DNA of 61,575 bases, filler included, from Choristocarpus tenellus KU-1152 (GCA_964200185.2; 11 parts of 11 records of this genome joined end to end with filler, not necessarily neighbours in it); one strand, 5' to 3'. Positions 13,009 to 26,876 are shown, numbered from the whole stretch's first letter. Translations and numbers: made by a program. Notes: a model not told the origin generated them from the letters alone.

Positions 13009-13265
13009 GAGCCAAAGTGTCTTAGAGGGTAGAGTGGTGTCGAAATGGGGGTCAACACCAAAATTGTGATTTTGGTGTAGATTTGGCTATCGTGTTTGTT
13101 AGTAAGTGTCGATATCATTGTTCTGGATACACCTTTTTCGTAACGTGTACATGTTATTAGTTATAAACGTTTCAGAGTAGGTAAATGTCATAAAAAAGGC
13201 GTTAGAAGTCAAGCACTAAAGGGACAAGCAGGGAAAAACTCGTGCCCTCTAAGACACCTTCGCTC
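13009..13265 (-). mobile_element. ~257-bp GAG-TIR MITE, diverged full copy
   Basis: gagccaaagtgtcttagagggtaga ... gccctctaagacaccttcgctc; flanks tatg/tgtg. Confidence 0.88.
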
Positions 13266-14815
13266 TGTGTCATGCGCAGTTTAAATATAACACTTTCGTT
13301 TGTTTGTGTGCATGTGTTATATGTTTTATGTAGTAAGACGTGGTTGTTGTCGCTGAGGGTGTTAGGTTTGAAGTTATTGGTATGAGGTACGGAAAAAGGT
13401 GTAGACGGAATATGGACGTGTGTACGAGTGGTTATTGATAAAGGAATATTGTCGTACGTTCCGAGGAAAGTAGTTCAAGGTACACTTCCACAGGTCCTGG
13501 GTTGGTGCTGTAGTTAGGGGCATCGTGGGTAGACTTAGTTAGGCATATGATCCCCTACGATTCGAATGACTACACTTGATCGAAACTAGTTCGTCGACAG
13601 TTGGGCAAAGCAAGAGGTGGTGCATAGAGTATTGAAAAGAATGGGGGGAGGTGTGTTATCGTGTACAAGGAATAAATAATGGCTCACAGAAGGACAGGGT
13701 ATTCATCGCTGCCCCTGGCGAATCGTTTGGGAAGGTTAGCCGCGCAGATGGAGAAGAGTTGTTTGATTGATGTATTATATTTTAGGGCTGTAACATTGTA
13801 GCAGACACGCTTTTAAAAACAAATGATAAGACAGGTCTGATCCTCAACGTGAGTATGTTATATGATACGCTGACGACTCTGACCGGTAGCTACGTATCTT
13901 TTGTTCCACTATCTAAATGCATAACTCATGGAATGCAAAGTGCATGAACATGGGAGTCGGACACCATGGAAAGATACACTGATGCAGAAATCTGCACAAC
14001 CTGCAACTCTCTCTACCCATACTTCAACAGAAAACCGGAACAGCCCTATTTCAATTGCTGGGCGGACTCAAAATAGCATTCGTCACCCTTCTCCGACCAC
14101 TCTTTGAGCTTAGGGTATGCCTCGACAAGAAGGTACCATAGATTTAGGCGCGTGGAGTACCTGGCGTTCCAAGGCTCGGGCTTCACGAGAGGCTCAAGAA
14201 GATAACCTTCTTCGCCTGGAGCACTTCCACATACTCGGGACGCAACGTATTGCCTGGCTTCCCTCCACGATCACCGAGTTTAACCTGTGTGGGCCCATGG
14301 ACGTAGCATTCATCCCCGAAAATAAGAGAGACGGCCCCTTTGCCGGCCTTGACGAGCCTGAACCCGTGATCGTATATGACTTGGCTGAGGATTTGAGTCT
14401 GCACTCGATACTGTTAAGAAGCAGGTTTCGTTGCCAATCGTAGGATCTCGGTGACGCATGCCTCCATGAAGGCTTCGGTGATCCCCACATCGGATGCATC
14501 GCCGGAGTCGGCCGCGTCCTGTGTGACACAATCCTCCTCACCACCAGATGATCTTTGCTAGTCATCGTCATCCCTCGATGTGGGTGAACATGGGTATACC
14601 GTGCATCTGCCCATTTTGGCAAAAGCGAAGAAGTTGTTGAGGAAGCCAGGTTCTAATGCGCTGCCATCAGGATCAACAGGCTGTTTGAAAGGTCTCGTCT
14701 GTCCAGCACCTTCTCTCGCCCTCTTTTTCGTAGTTTGTGTCCGAGAACCCCGGACTTCGCCCTCCTCGGAAGGCTTGCCCCTCTGGGTTGTGGAACTCTC
14801 GGCATGTCCACGGTT

Positions 14816-15134
14816 GAGCCAATGTATCTTAGAGGGTAGAGCCGCGTCCATTTGGGGACCAAAATCCATTTTTACGAGAGTGAAAGTATCTTAGAGGGTA
14901 CGAGTTTTGCCCTGTTTGTCCATTTGGGGCTTGGCGTCCCTTAGGGTTTTTATGACATTTTCGTAGTCCAAAATATTTCGGAGTAGGTAAAATGTTAATG
15001 TTATGAAAGGTGTGTTTGGAACAAGCATGTTGACACTTCCTAACAAACACGATAGCCAAATTTACATTGAAATCGCAACACTGGATGTCGGCCCCCAAAT
15101 GGACGTGGCTCTACCCTCTGAGATACTTTGGCTC
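14816..15134 (+). mobile_element. Truncated MITE end (14816-~14870, opposite orientation) next to a full MITE copy (14878-15134)
   Basis: gagccaatgtatcttagagggtagagccgcgtccatttgggg is followed by gagtgaaagtatc...gatactttggctc. Confidence 0.88.
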
Positions 15135-15199
15135 TTAGGGTCAGCTCTTTTTATTAATATTAATCCCCATCCATCACAGGTTTATCTGCCACAGAAAAA

Positions 15200-15507
15200 G
15201 CCTCCGTGTCTACCTTCGGCGTGTTTTCAAGCTCACCAGACAACCGTCTCTTCCTTACCCCTACTGAAATCATTCCCTCCTTTGTATCTAAGTACTTGAT
15301 TATACACCACAAAAAGGAGCTACCAAGCCCTCTCAAGTGTGGTTTCATCATACTCCTCATACTGTTTCTCAATGACCTTCACCATCTCCTCGGTGGAACC
15401 AAACCGCTTCCCCATCACCCGGCATTTCAAAGACCTGAAGAAGCACAGGTCCATGATATTGAGGTCGGAGGAGTTAGATGGCTGCATCACAAGCCTAATC
15501 GACCACC
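15200..15507 (-). pseudogene. DD39D (plant-type) mariner transposase, C-terminal remnant
   Basis: Minus strand reads WSIRLVMQPSNSSDLNIMDLCFFRSLKCRVMGKRFGSTEEMVKVIEKQYEEYDETTLERAW*LLFVVYNQVLRYKGGNDF, matching the QPPNSPDLNVLDLGFF and GGN motifs. Confidence 0.85.
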
Positions 15508-16240
15508 NNNNNNNNNNNNNNNNNNNNNNNNNNNNNNNNNNNNNNNNNNNNTTAATTAATTAANNNNNNNNNNNNNNNNNNNNNNNNNNNNNNNNNNNNN
15601 NNNNNNNCTGACGTAGATTGGGGTGTGGGGGGAGGGGGTGCCCAACCTCTGGGGGGAGGTGGGCGGGTGTAAGTTTTGGGCTGGAATGTGTGATGAAAAA
15701 AGGTGGGTTTGGCCTGCAGTGCCGTTATTCAAACGGGCTATAAGCCCACTGGGGAGGGGGTGGGGTCTTTGGCTAATGAGGGTGGTGTAGGTGTGATATA
15801 AAAGTGTGGGAATGGGTAGGTGTGTTCTACAGTGGGGCCATGTGAAAGGGTGGTTTGTGTCTTCACAGAGGCTAACCATGGAGTTAGGGTGGAGCGATAA
15901 CCCACAAGGTAGGGTGCCCTGGTGGTCTGGGGGGGAATAAAGGGGGAGGGGCTGGGGGGTGGGGGCGTGGCATAGAGAGTAGGTGGAAAGGTGGGATGGC
16001 AAAAGGGGTAGATAAATATTATGTGCGGGTGGATTCCAGCACGGCTTCAGTTCCCACACTCCTCTCCATGGCGGTGTAGTAGCGTTCCGGGGTTGCGGGG
16101 GTGCGGCAGGGGGGGCACGGGATGGGGTGTAGGAGCCAGGCACAGAGGTTAAGAGCCGAGGCACAGCCCAAATCAATGGTTTGTATGCAGGTGAAGGGGA
16201 GTACTGGCAGATGTATTTAGGAAAAGCAGATCGCGCAGTG

Positions 16241-16770
16241 TTATGGTGTGAGCTGGCACGGTTGCTGAGGTGGGCATGGATTGGGGTTACCAGTGGGGAA
16301 GGCTGGCCGTGGGATCCTAGTGATACTTCCTATCGTCGGCTCTCCTCTCTCCTCCTCATCACTGTCGAGGAGGGATGGCTCCCTCTCGACACCACATTTG
16401 TCGTCCTCCTTTATCACGTCCCCAGCCCCATCCCCACTTGCGCCTATTCGACTCTCCGTCCGAAATTTGCCATCCTGCGAAACCGAAACCAGTCCGCCTA
16501 TTCCCGAAGCAGAGTTGTGTGCTCCACTGATATTCGTTCCTTGCCCTTGCCTATCTCGTGGACTGTCATTGCCGTCCTCTGCCACCTCCACAACCGCACC
16601 CCCATGTGCGCCTATTCCGTTCTCTGTCCGACCCTTGCCATCTTGCAAAATCGAAACCTGTTCGCCTACTTCCGGAGCAGAGTTGTGTGCTCGACTTATG
16701 CTAGTCCCTTGTCCCTGCTTATCTCGTGCTCTGTTGTCGCCTTCCTCCATTACCTCCCCAGCCCCATCAG
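16241..16770 (-). repeat. Two ~168-bp tandem units within a stop-free stretch (possible 56-aa repeat exon)
   Basis: cgcctattc recurs at 16441 and 16609. The translated repeat is RD(K/R)QGQGT(S/N)IS(R/G)AHNSA..QDGK.RTE..IGA. Confidence 0.6.
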
Positions 16771-17364
16771 AGGTACCTTTGTTACAACACGTTCCAGAAG
16801 CTTACCTCCAGAGGATGTGTAGCTCCAATCTACAGGCCTATATAGATGACACTGTGCACGTTAACGACTCCTGATGCACAAGTCGTCAAGTATGCTGGAT
16901 CTCTCACTTGGATTATTCCCTTTGTAAGTATCATCAAAATTGTCACATAGGAACTGGCAACGATGTACAACCTAAACGTATTATAATAACTAAATAGTCA
17001 AGAAGTACAAATGTATCAAATCTAGAACTTCAAGGTCATAATGGTGTTTATGAAACCACCATCAAGACATATCGCCTGTAACATGCCCCCCTAGCATGAA
17101 GCATAACTGCTTCAATGCGATAAAAAGGCAATTGGACAAGGAAATATAATGTCACTCCTCATCCTATCATGATCGTAGCAGAAATGAAATGAATGTCACT
17201 TCCAGGTCCTATCATATCAGTAGGCAGCGTTGGGGATCCAGCAGAGGAGGAAACCTGGAGGAGAACCTCCCTTCCAACGTTTGCCCTGATGACAGATATG
17301 TTAGTGTGACACTTGCACCTCATGGCGCTCGCCCTGCATTTGACTCAACGTTCAAAAGAACAAC

Positions 17365-18130
17365 TCCTACACCAGAGTCTTACGCACATTTCAAAAGTAG
17401 GGTACTGTCTAAAAAGACTCCACCCTTTCCAAGCTAAACACACACAAACACAGACAGAAACCATAGTAGCACTGAGCTTGGGTATTGCCATAGACGCTCC
17501 CCCTTCAGAACTAAAACACAGCAACTGCAGGACACTAAGACAATGTCTCATAGTCACAAAAGAGATTGGGTGCTGCAGTGCAAAGGTTTACCCTCCCTAC
17601 TAACTAAGAAATTATAAACAAAAATATATATATATCAAAATAACATAAAAATAGGGATTATCATCGCAAGACTCTCCCCCCTCACAAATATCAACATAAA
17701 CGATGCAAAATCACAATAGCACTGAAATAGGGTGCTGTCATAGACTCTCCCCCTTCAGAACTAAATACAAACAACTATGGGGCACCAACACAATAATTGC
17801 CTCATAGTTGCATAGAGGTAGCGTGCTGCCATGGAAAGGCTTACCTTCTCTAGGAACCATGAACATACAAACAAATAAGACAAACATCTTGCAATATCAT
17901 CAAAATAGGGAGTTTCATAGCAAGACTCTCCTGCTTCACAACTATTAGCACAAACAATACAAGACAAGAATAATGTCTCAAATACAAACAAAAATGTCTA
18001 AAAATCACATAGAATAGGAAATGTCATAACAAGACTCTCCCCTTCACAACTATCAACACAAACAAGTACAAGACACAGGAATAATCTCTCAAAAAATACA
18101 GACAAAATGTCTAGCAATAACATAAAAATC
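17365..18130. repeat. Modular dispersed repeat with internal subrepeats (aatagggXX..tcatagcaagactctccc..tcaca); a second, partly inverted copy is at ~53668-53995
   Basis: Both copies share cctacaccagagtct...aaaagtagggtactgtc...aaaccatagtagcactga...tcccccttcagaacta. Confidence 0.8.
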
Positions 18131-18908
18131 AATAGGCCATAGCAAGACTGTTCACACTGGTTAGAGTGGGAAAAGGCAGACATGCTATTTACCTGTAACG
18201 TGCCCCCTAGCGTGAACTAGGAATACATGTTTCACGCTTACCACAGGCGATTGTGACGGATCAAGACAATAAATATAATCCAAACGCAACTGTGCTTCCA
18301 CCTCTCTGTGCCAACATACCGTAATCAGACTTTCCCCCCGAAATGGCCTTGGTGAGACAGACATGGGTGGAGAAGAATTTTTGATTCAATGATGACGTCT
18401 AGGTGAACGTGTGTGGTCTCTGCATTCTTCTCTGGTTGTCTTTGTGTCTTGTTGAGAGTGCCTGTCCCAGGATTTCGACCTGGAGTGGGATCTGCCACGA
18501 GAGGAAGACCTAAAGCGAACTCATTCTTTGCCCCTGCCTTTGCGTTCAGTGGAGTGGACATGGTTGTTGCGATCATTTTTTTGAGGTGTGGTACTGGGCA
18601 GGAATCTCTCCGAATCATTGATTCCTAGCGGAACCTGTGAAATAAATGAACAGCGTGATACACGAAAAAAAGATCGGGAATATGAGTGTACGAATGGCAG
18701 GGAATAACTACCTAGGCAACGTCTATACCATGGCAGTCAGAAACCACTCGTTTACGACTATAGGTGTATGATGTTTCCCTTGGAGCCACAGATGCCATCA
18801 CGCNNNNNNNNNNNNNNNNNNNNNNNNNNNNNNNNNNNNNNNNNNNNTTAATTAATTAANNNNNNNNNNNNNNNNNNNNNNNNNNNNNNNNNNNNNNNNN
18901 NNNTCTAG

Positions 18909-19724
18909 GACATATCTGGTGTTCTTGCTATCTTCTTCTTATTTCTTGTGGCTGGCTTCTGTGAGTGACTGTATATTAACTCCCCCCCCCCCCTCCCCCC
19001 CATATGCAATTATGTGCATATTGCACCTTACATGAACATTCGTATGTCTCATCCTGATTGTTCGCAATCGAGGGTAACCAATCTTAGGGTTAGGGTTAGG
19101 GGGGGCTCTGGTGTACGCAGTATACAGTCCAGACTATTTTTTTTGTGTGTTTGAAGTAATGCCATCGACAGAATGCCTGCTGTGTGCCTGTGCTAGAAAC
19201 ATCCGAGTGATCCGTTTTGTGTATGTTAGAAACATATGTGGTGTCTGTTGACCCCCGCTGACTATGTTGCTGATATGGCTCCTCTCTCTTTCTTACTGTG
19301 TGTGTGTGTGTGTGTGTGTATGTGTGTGTTAGTTGTACATATATCGCACCGGTGTTACAGTTTGTACCAATACCACGACCTCAAGAAAAGCAGTGGCGTT
19401 ACCTTAGTGGCCAGAAAGAAGGAATTAGAAGGCGTTATCGAAGGTGACCCACAGCTCAAGTACCGTCAGTTATCACGCAGCCAGCGGAAGAAGGCATTGT
19501 TTGAGGCTATTATGAAAATGGGCACCAATACTGTGGTCCAGGGCCAGACTCCCATGGAAAGTAATCAACTGAATTTCAACAGAGCTGCAATAGATTCCAT
19601 GGGTGCTCCTCTGTCGTCAGTGAATAATGATGATGGGTCTTCAGATGCAGAGCACAGTGTCCACATGGGTATGAACAAGAATGAAATCGAACATGGCAGA
19701 CCCGTTGTGAGCTTGAGAAGTTGA
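18909..19724 (+). CDS. Last two exons (18909-18960, 19333-19724) of a membrane protein; the TM helix resembles iGluR/GLR M4
   Basis: ag|GAC, T|gtgagt and ttag|TT junctions join in phase to give DISGVLAIFFLFLVAGFFVHISHRCYSLYQYHDLKK...VVSLRS*. The family assignment is inference only. Confidence 0.55.
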
Positions 19725-22282
19725 TACATGTCGGACAGGAAGAGTAACCCTGTCTACTACTATATCTATTACTACGACCGCTGTTGAAGTGCAAACTGTG
19801 TGTTTTACCATGAAGGAAATGACCCTCACTGACAGGAAGGTAAAAGTGGTGTAGAGATCTTTGTTGTGGAATAGGGTTGCTTTTGCAGTAGAGAAAGTGA
19901 ATGGAACAGGTATATAGTACCTATCCAATTATTGTTTGACCGTGTGTGTGTGTGTGTGGGCTACTTTTGACCACAATTGCTGGTGGGTGAGATACCCAGT
20001 TGTGGAGGCATTTTTTTGTATGTGTTGAGGGGTTGTGTTATCTTGTAGTATATTGGTGAATCGATCTGTATCAAGGTGTGCTTTAGAACACTCATTGCAA
20101 GGCAGCAGTGCTGGAAGGTGTACACTGCATGTATTATGTGTACTATACCATTCGCCTTTGCTGCTGCTGTTGTCAACATCATCGAAGCTGTTGCCACTTT
20201 GACTTTACTTCAGTGAGGTGCAGGGCAGGGGAGTAAATATGGATATGTTGGGGTTGGCGATTTGGTAAGATTGTCAACAAAAACCATTGGTGGTATTGTG
20301 GATTTCCGTCTCACTGCCACTGATATATCTGGACATTGGCACTACAGCACCATATCAACCTGCCACCACCCTCCAATATCTGAATATTTGGTTGGTGAGT
20401 ATATTTATATCCGTTTCTGGTGCACGTCTCAGGTAGTGCAGAAGTGTTTACGTGGGATGCGTACCTAATGTGATGTAATCGCGTATGTGCATTGTGTGGG
20501 AGATTGCGTAGGTCTATGTAGGTCGTGTAGAGTGAGAAAGGACTAGTTTCTTTCCTTTTTTGAGATTCGTGTAAGTGCTTGTGTCTTTTGTCCTTCTTTG
20601 CGTGTATGTGGTTGTGGTTTTTTTCAATATGTTGCGACAAGTGTATAGGGTTTCACGATATGTTCGGAGGCCTTGGCAACCACCAGCATTACCAGGAATA
20701 TTGATAGTGATGTAGTAGTAGGCACTTGCTCAAAAAAAGATATTTTTTTTACCCTGAGTGAGCAGTGAAGTATTAAGGCGAGATTAGAATTTCCAATAAT
20801 TGTATATTTGTAGGGTTTTCTCTTTTTTGAGGTGATAAAAAATGGGTGTTTCTGTTTATAATATTATAAAAGAATCCTTCCTGGCAAAGACGCCTTCCAA
20901 ACAAGGGCTCAGTACGGCAATTTGTCCTGACTGTCAACACGCACTTACTTTGGTCATTCGTTGCATACCTTTTTATTTCTTGGATGTTGCCAAAAATAAT
21001 ATGTCTGCTGACCAGAATTCCTACCACCAAGCTTGAGCTCTCCTATCTCAAGATGTAATCTATTGTAGGAGTGTTTTATCAATCTTCACCAGACACCCCA
21101 TTTTAAATGCCTGAAGTGCAGAAACTCTAACCTCCCTAAGGAGGCTGTAACTGCTGAAGAGGGCACGAACATTGCAGTGTACAGGAGACACACTGTCTTC
21201 ATGAACTAGTGCTGCAAAAAAATGTTGTTTTTGGTACTATTATTAGTATTTTCGTGTGGGGTTATAGGATGAATAATGGGTGGAAATGATAGCAATCACA
21301 ACAAAAACAATATGAACTTGTTGGTTGTCATTGTAACATGTTAGCCAGTTCAACAAATTATTCCTATGTAAATCTTGTCGTATGAAACGGCAGCAACATT
21401 CCCAGCGGTTCCTCCAGTCAAATATTGAGATGCCACTGTCCGTCTGGTTCCACAGGAGCAGACACTCCCATGACAACGGTTCCCTCAGTGGAACAATGAG
21501 TTGTGCCTCAATGTTTGGCAGCACCAACGACAACTGATCAACGTTTTTTAATCAAATATGAATGTAACGACTGGCAGGAATAATATGGATGTATCATAGC
21601 ACCATACATTTGTTGATGTGAGTGTATGCATATGGCATGATGCACCTTCCACGTAACACATACAAACATGAAAAGTTAAAAATAGTTGGCATGAATATGA
21701 TAGTAAGGCTGAAACTAACTAGTAACTAGGATTTACACTACAACGAACTCATTCTTCCAAATAAAGGAGTCACACACTACGTGCCTCAGCTACATATCCT
21801 ACAAGGAGGGAAATGAACACAAAACGGGAAAGTAGAACCAGATGACATTACGTTGTCATATTATTGCGTATACATAAATACATAACAAAACATACACAGT
21901 ACCATTTTCACGATAGTCCCCTATCGCAAATAATGCCAAGAAAGAATTTTAATATCATCAGAAAAAAATGTTTTTGAAAGAAGGTATGGATATTTCTGTT
22001 TTTGCAATTTTTCATGAGAGGTGAGTCACTTCCTCGCTTGATTTTGTGTATGCATATACTCTGTGTATATGTGCTGCCCGTTCACTGTGTGGGTGTTGTA
22101 CGCGATACAGTATCTCGTTGCTGCATCAAGATTTGAAAAGGACGAACAATGTGTTGGTACAATGAACTCTTCGTGTGTACAAACAAAAAGTATAGATAAT
22201 AATGGTATTAGCTCTACAACACTACTAGTACGAGTAGTCTATGAACAGTTTGGATTAAATATTTGGCATTCATTGTGAACAT

Positions 22283-22284
<2 letters not shown>

Positions 22285-22339
<55 letters not shown>
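22285..22339. repeat. (GT)n microsatellite
   Basis: Seen directly. Confidence 0.95.
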
Positions 22340-22340
<1 letters not shown>

Positions 22341-23347
22341 TGAATGGATTATTAATATCATCAGGTGGAGGAGCAACCCCACACAATATATGCATGTTTT
22401 TCGCGTTTCCTTGTGTTGCCCGCTATTTTATGAAATAACAGCAGTACATAGAAAATACAAAATATACATTTTTGGAATCGATGTTGCCTACTCGAAAAAA
22501 AATCTGTTGAGAGTGCCAACTTTCAGCATTATCACTGACAAGGAAATACATAGTAAAATACATAATACATACTTCTACTTCCACTACTCGGCATGTACTG
22601 TGATATAACCAGAGAGAAGGGGAGCAGTCACCTTCGCCACTACTTGCATAAGATAGTTCTAACGCATTTTCAATGTATACAAGAAGAAGAAGAAAGAGAA
22701 GTACTATATTTCAATCCCACGTTGATTTTCATGGCACAGAACTCACAGGACAAAACGGGAATGACCCGCTCCTTCCCGATTGCTTCTTTTGAAACTCCAG
22801 GTTGGCTTCCTTCCTTGAGAAATGCATGCTGGAAAGGGGTCATCTTGCTCCTCTATGTTTGATCGTGTTCCTTTTGCCATCCCCATCTTCCCATGTACCT
22901 TGTACTCTTCACCATCCTCCTCCTCACGATTGTCATCCTCGCGGTCATTGATTGGTTCAGGGCGACCAAAGGTTGAACATCTTGATGGAAGCCCTTCCAT
23001 TATCATCATCGTCATCCTCTTCCCCACCAGCGGGTTGGGATACCTGACAGTCCTCGGTCTGGGTACCTCTCCTTTCTCTCTAGTCACCTCCCCCTTCTTG
23101 ACCTCATCCTCCTCACAACTTACAGGTGATGCATTTTGTTCTTCCGCGTCATCCTTATCATCAATGGCATTGAGGGACATTGGAGAAGAGCTTGAGCACT
23201 CAGAATAACAGCTGCTGCTCCATTTGCAACGTTGTTCTCAGCTCTCTCCTTCACTCATCATCGTAGAGCATCGTGGGAAGGAGAAGCAGATGGAAGGCAG
23301 TGCGCATGATGTTGCTTCCGTAGTATTGGGATATAGGTTTGGGCTGA

Positions 23348-23607
23348 GATTGAAAGTATCTGAAGAGGTTACGAGTTTTGCTCTGTTTGTCCGTTTGGGG
23401 CTTGGCTTCCTACGGGGTTTTTATTACATTTTCCTACTCCGAAATGTTTCGAGAGTAGGGAAAATACGTACGTTATGAAAAGTTGTGCCCAGAACAAGGA
23501 TATTGACGCTTTGTTACAAATACGATAGCCAAAATTATATCAAAATCGCAACATTGGATTTTTGCCCCCAAACGGACGCGGCTCCACCCTCTAAGATACT
23601 TTGACTC
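23348..23607 (+). mobile_element. ~257-bp GAG-TIR MITE, TSD TGA
   Basis: gattgaaagtatc ... ccctctaagatactttgactc, with TGA on both flanks. Confidence 0.88.
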
Positions 23608-23958
23608 TGATGTTGTTCTTGTGAAGCCATTTCTCGTCTAGGAACCAACATTAGACGGGGTTGGAATAGATCGGCAGAGATGATAGCATTAGTAGTGGAT
23701 AATGAAAACATAAGTGAAACATCAAACCATATTTAATAGTATGAAGATTACATATATATCCCCTCAACATATAGTACTATGAAAATGTCGTGGAGAATTC
23801 CTCTTGAGCTCTTAGGACTGAGCAACAACGGGAAAATTGAAAACAAATTTGAAAGGAATCTGAGTATGATAGGATATTACGTTCAGTGTTCTGGTGTGCA
23901 CCTGGAAGTTCAAGAAGTAAACTGAGGCCTAAAGACAAACCCAGGTCCCTTCTTCTAT

Positions 23959-24221
23959 GAGTGAAAGTATCTTAGAGGGTACGAGTTTTGCTCTGTTTGT
24001 CCCTTTCTTTGATGTTTGGCTTCCCATGGATTTTTTTAAGATATTTTCCTACTCCAAAATGTTTAGGAGTAGATAAAATGTGTACGTTATGAAAAGGTGT
24101 GTCTGGAACAAGGATATTGACACTTCCTAACAAACACGATAGGTAAAATTACATCAAAATCTCTACATTGGATTTTGACCCCCAAATGAACACTGCTCTA
24201 CCCTCAAATATACTTCGGCTC
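23959..24221 (+). mobile_element. ~257-bp GAG-TIR MITE flanked by CTAT
   Basis: gagtgaaagtatcttagagggtac ... taccctcaaatatacttcggctc, with CTAT on both sides. Confidence 0.9.
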
Positions 24222-26876
24222 CTATGTGGAGTAGCAAACAAGAAATGCAAGAGCAATGATGGATAGGTACCCCTCATGAAGATCATCGCCTGGCCCTCTC
24301 AGCTGGTGGTGCTGTCCGAGACACACTATTCTTCCTCAATCTGCATGCGCACCTTGGCTTGGAGGCAGTTGTTGGTCGCTTCTAACCATGATAACCAACT
24401 TCCAGTTTCTCCAGGGTTGTTACTTTGGACAACATATGGAGGGGTACAGCAAAATTGTGTAGGAGAGGAGACAGGGTGCTCAACAGGTTTATCCCTATAC
24501 ATGCTACAATACGTTTATCTTCAGCAGAGATGAATGTTCATGTATGTTTTCAACAACATCCCAGGAAGGACGCACACCATGTCAGACATGCCTTGCCTCG
24601 AGCCTAGCCCTACAAAAGCACAGGGAGATAAGGAAGAATCCCAGAATCCGTGAGACCCATAATATATATAATTGCGACTTCGTGAAGGTCTGCTGACTGC
24701 AGATTTCCAAGTCAGAGGAAAGTGGAGATAAAAAATAATATAGTTAAGTCACTTTTCCGAAAATAAAAAAAAGGTCCTTGTGAACGAAAGTGCCCTGTAC
24801 AACTATCAAAATAGTAGCATGCGAACTCCTCACTACTTGGGCGACATTGGGCACATTGGAGGTACAGATTCTAAAGTAGTGACACCAACTGGATACAAGA
24901 AACTCCACTTGTGATACCAGGAGGATAGCGATAGGGATATTGCAACCTGCACACTTGAATAGATCAGAGCATACAAGGTTGTACCAGCGGGCTGATCACC
25001 CATCTCCTCCACAGATATTAAATACTAACGGCTTATCGCCTTCAGGATGGCATCCCTCATGTTGCGTTTCCTAGGATTGACCCATTCTCATAAAGACAAT
25101 CGCAAAATACTGCGTATGGTGGCAGTGAAAGGAGGGGAAGTTCACAGATAACTAAAACCCTTTCAAAAAGTTGTATAAAATAATATATAGTTGGGAGTGG
25201 ATAGGTCACTGGGTGACCCTATCCATGCACTGCAGTCAGTTGCTACAGGGGGTTGAGTCCCGATTTTCTTGCCCTCCATTAAGTCACTTGATGCACCCCT
25301 CTCTACCTAGGATTTGCCTTGATGAGCAAGCATCCTTGTCACCCGGACTGTAACCTCATTTTCTCCATACCACTTGTTAACCATAGGTTTATGACACCTG
25401 ACTAACAGTAACGTGAAGATAATGATAGCAATAATACTAATAAAAAACGCGCCCCAGCATCCTTCTTTTGGTATGACATTGTGACCTTCAGATCATCACA
25501 TCTCTGTATTTTTAGTCTTGCAATTCCTTGGTGGTACCATTTGCACCAGAACCTCTGTATTGTACGTATGAATGTAGTGGCATCTCATCCCATACACACA
25601 TCATGTGCTTCCAACAGGAGAACCTCTGGACGCTGGGTCAGCCTACGTCTTGCTTCGAGACTCGCTTAAAGATTTATACTCACTCCTATTCTCCATCCTA
25701 GACCGCCTTCTCCATGGGACAAGTCTTGGAAAAGAAGCCCACTTTTCTTCTATTGTGGAACGTACCACCGTCGCTATCTGACTGACTCAAAAAAGCTCAA
25801 AGTCAACTGTTCATTTTCAATTCTACCTTCGTCACCTTGCACCCTACAGCTGTTTCTTCCATAACAACAATATATTTAGCCTAGCCTACCCATTTGCTAC
25901 GGTCTGCCGAAGGTACGATATCTGAGGATTGGCGCAATAACGTTAAGTACAGCAACTTCGGGTTAGTCTCGGGTTTGTGATTCCATAAATAAACAGTACA
26001 GAACCCGCAGAAACCGTATCTATTACGTGATCTACCGTTTCTAGTTTAGTTAACGACAGCACAATATTTGCGATTGAGCAACATTTTTCATTTGTAGTTT
26101 GTTTCCTTATGCAGACATCTCCCCCTATGACGTAAAGGCAACATTCGGAAGGCACTCCACCGACGTAAACGATACCCTAGCTCCAAGAAAAGATCCAACA
26201 TATATTAACTAGTATCACTAGGAATTCGAAAGATTTCAAGTATAGTGAGAACATGCAAGGAATACCCTCTCTCTTTTGCCCATGTCCCTCTCATCAATTG
26301 CATCGAGCTACTACTGTATACTTGGCACATACTCAGAGTAATAGAGAGATCACGTCACCCATTGATGGATGCTTACATCCGACAGAGTATTCACACAAGC
26401 ATTAGGGGGAAATTAAAAATGGCACATATACTCTAGAGAAGAGTACCCTTCATCGACCCATTTCACACTCAAGCAAGTACACAATGGATAGCCCGATGGA
26501 GCATGCAGTACATGTAAATACTTCCTCCAGTGTGTGATCGTATGTGCAAGTTCAGGAGATAGAAAATGAATCTTGAGATAATAGCAGTGATATGGAAGAA
26601 TAAAAACAATTTCACACTAAGCTTTGATTATTGCTGTATATCATAAGCTACCTGCCAAACTGGAATTCTACCAACTTTGGTGTGCTTTTGGTATGGCCTC
26701 ACTAATTAAGAATTGCCTGACCTCTCCATACAACCGAGCTCCCCCCCNNNNNNNNNNNNNNNNNNNNNNNNNNNNNNNNNNNNNNNNNNNNTTAATTAAT
26801 TAANNNNNNNNNNNNNNNNNNNNNNNNNNNNNNNNNNNNNNNNNNNNGAGTCGGGGGATGCATGGGGGGAGGGGTA

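Noticed and set aside
14117-14700. Possible hAT transposase C-terminus (NTLRPEYVEVLQ, minus strand)
   Set aside because: Only a faint motif resemblance, with no SERxFS signature and with stops present.
18325-18803. Possible minus-strand terminal exons
   Set aside because: Splice-like sites exist, but the upstream frames contain stops and no family is recognisable.
22743-23290. Acidic minus-strand ORF as a gene
   Set aside because: Low complexity, an apparent frame switch and no recognisable domain.
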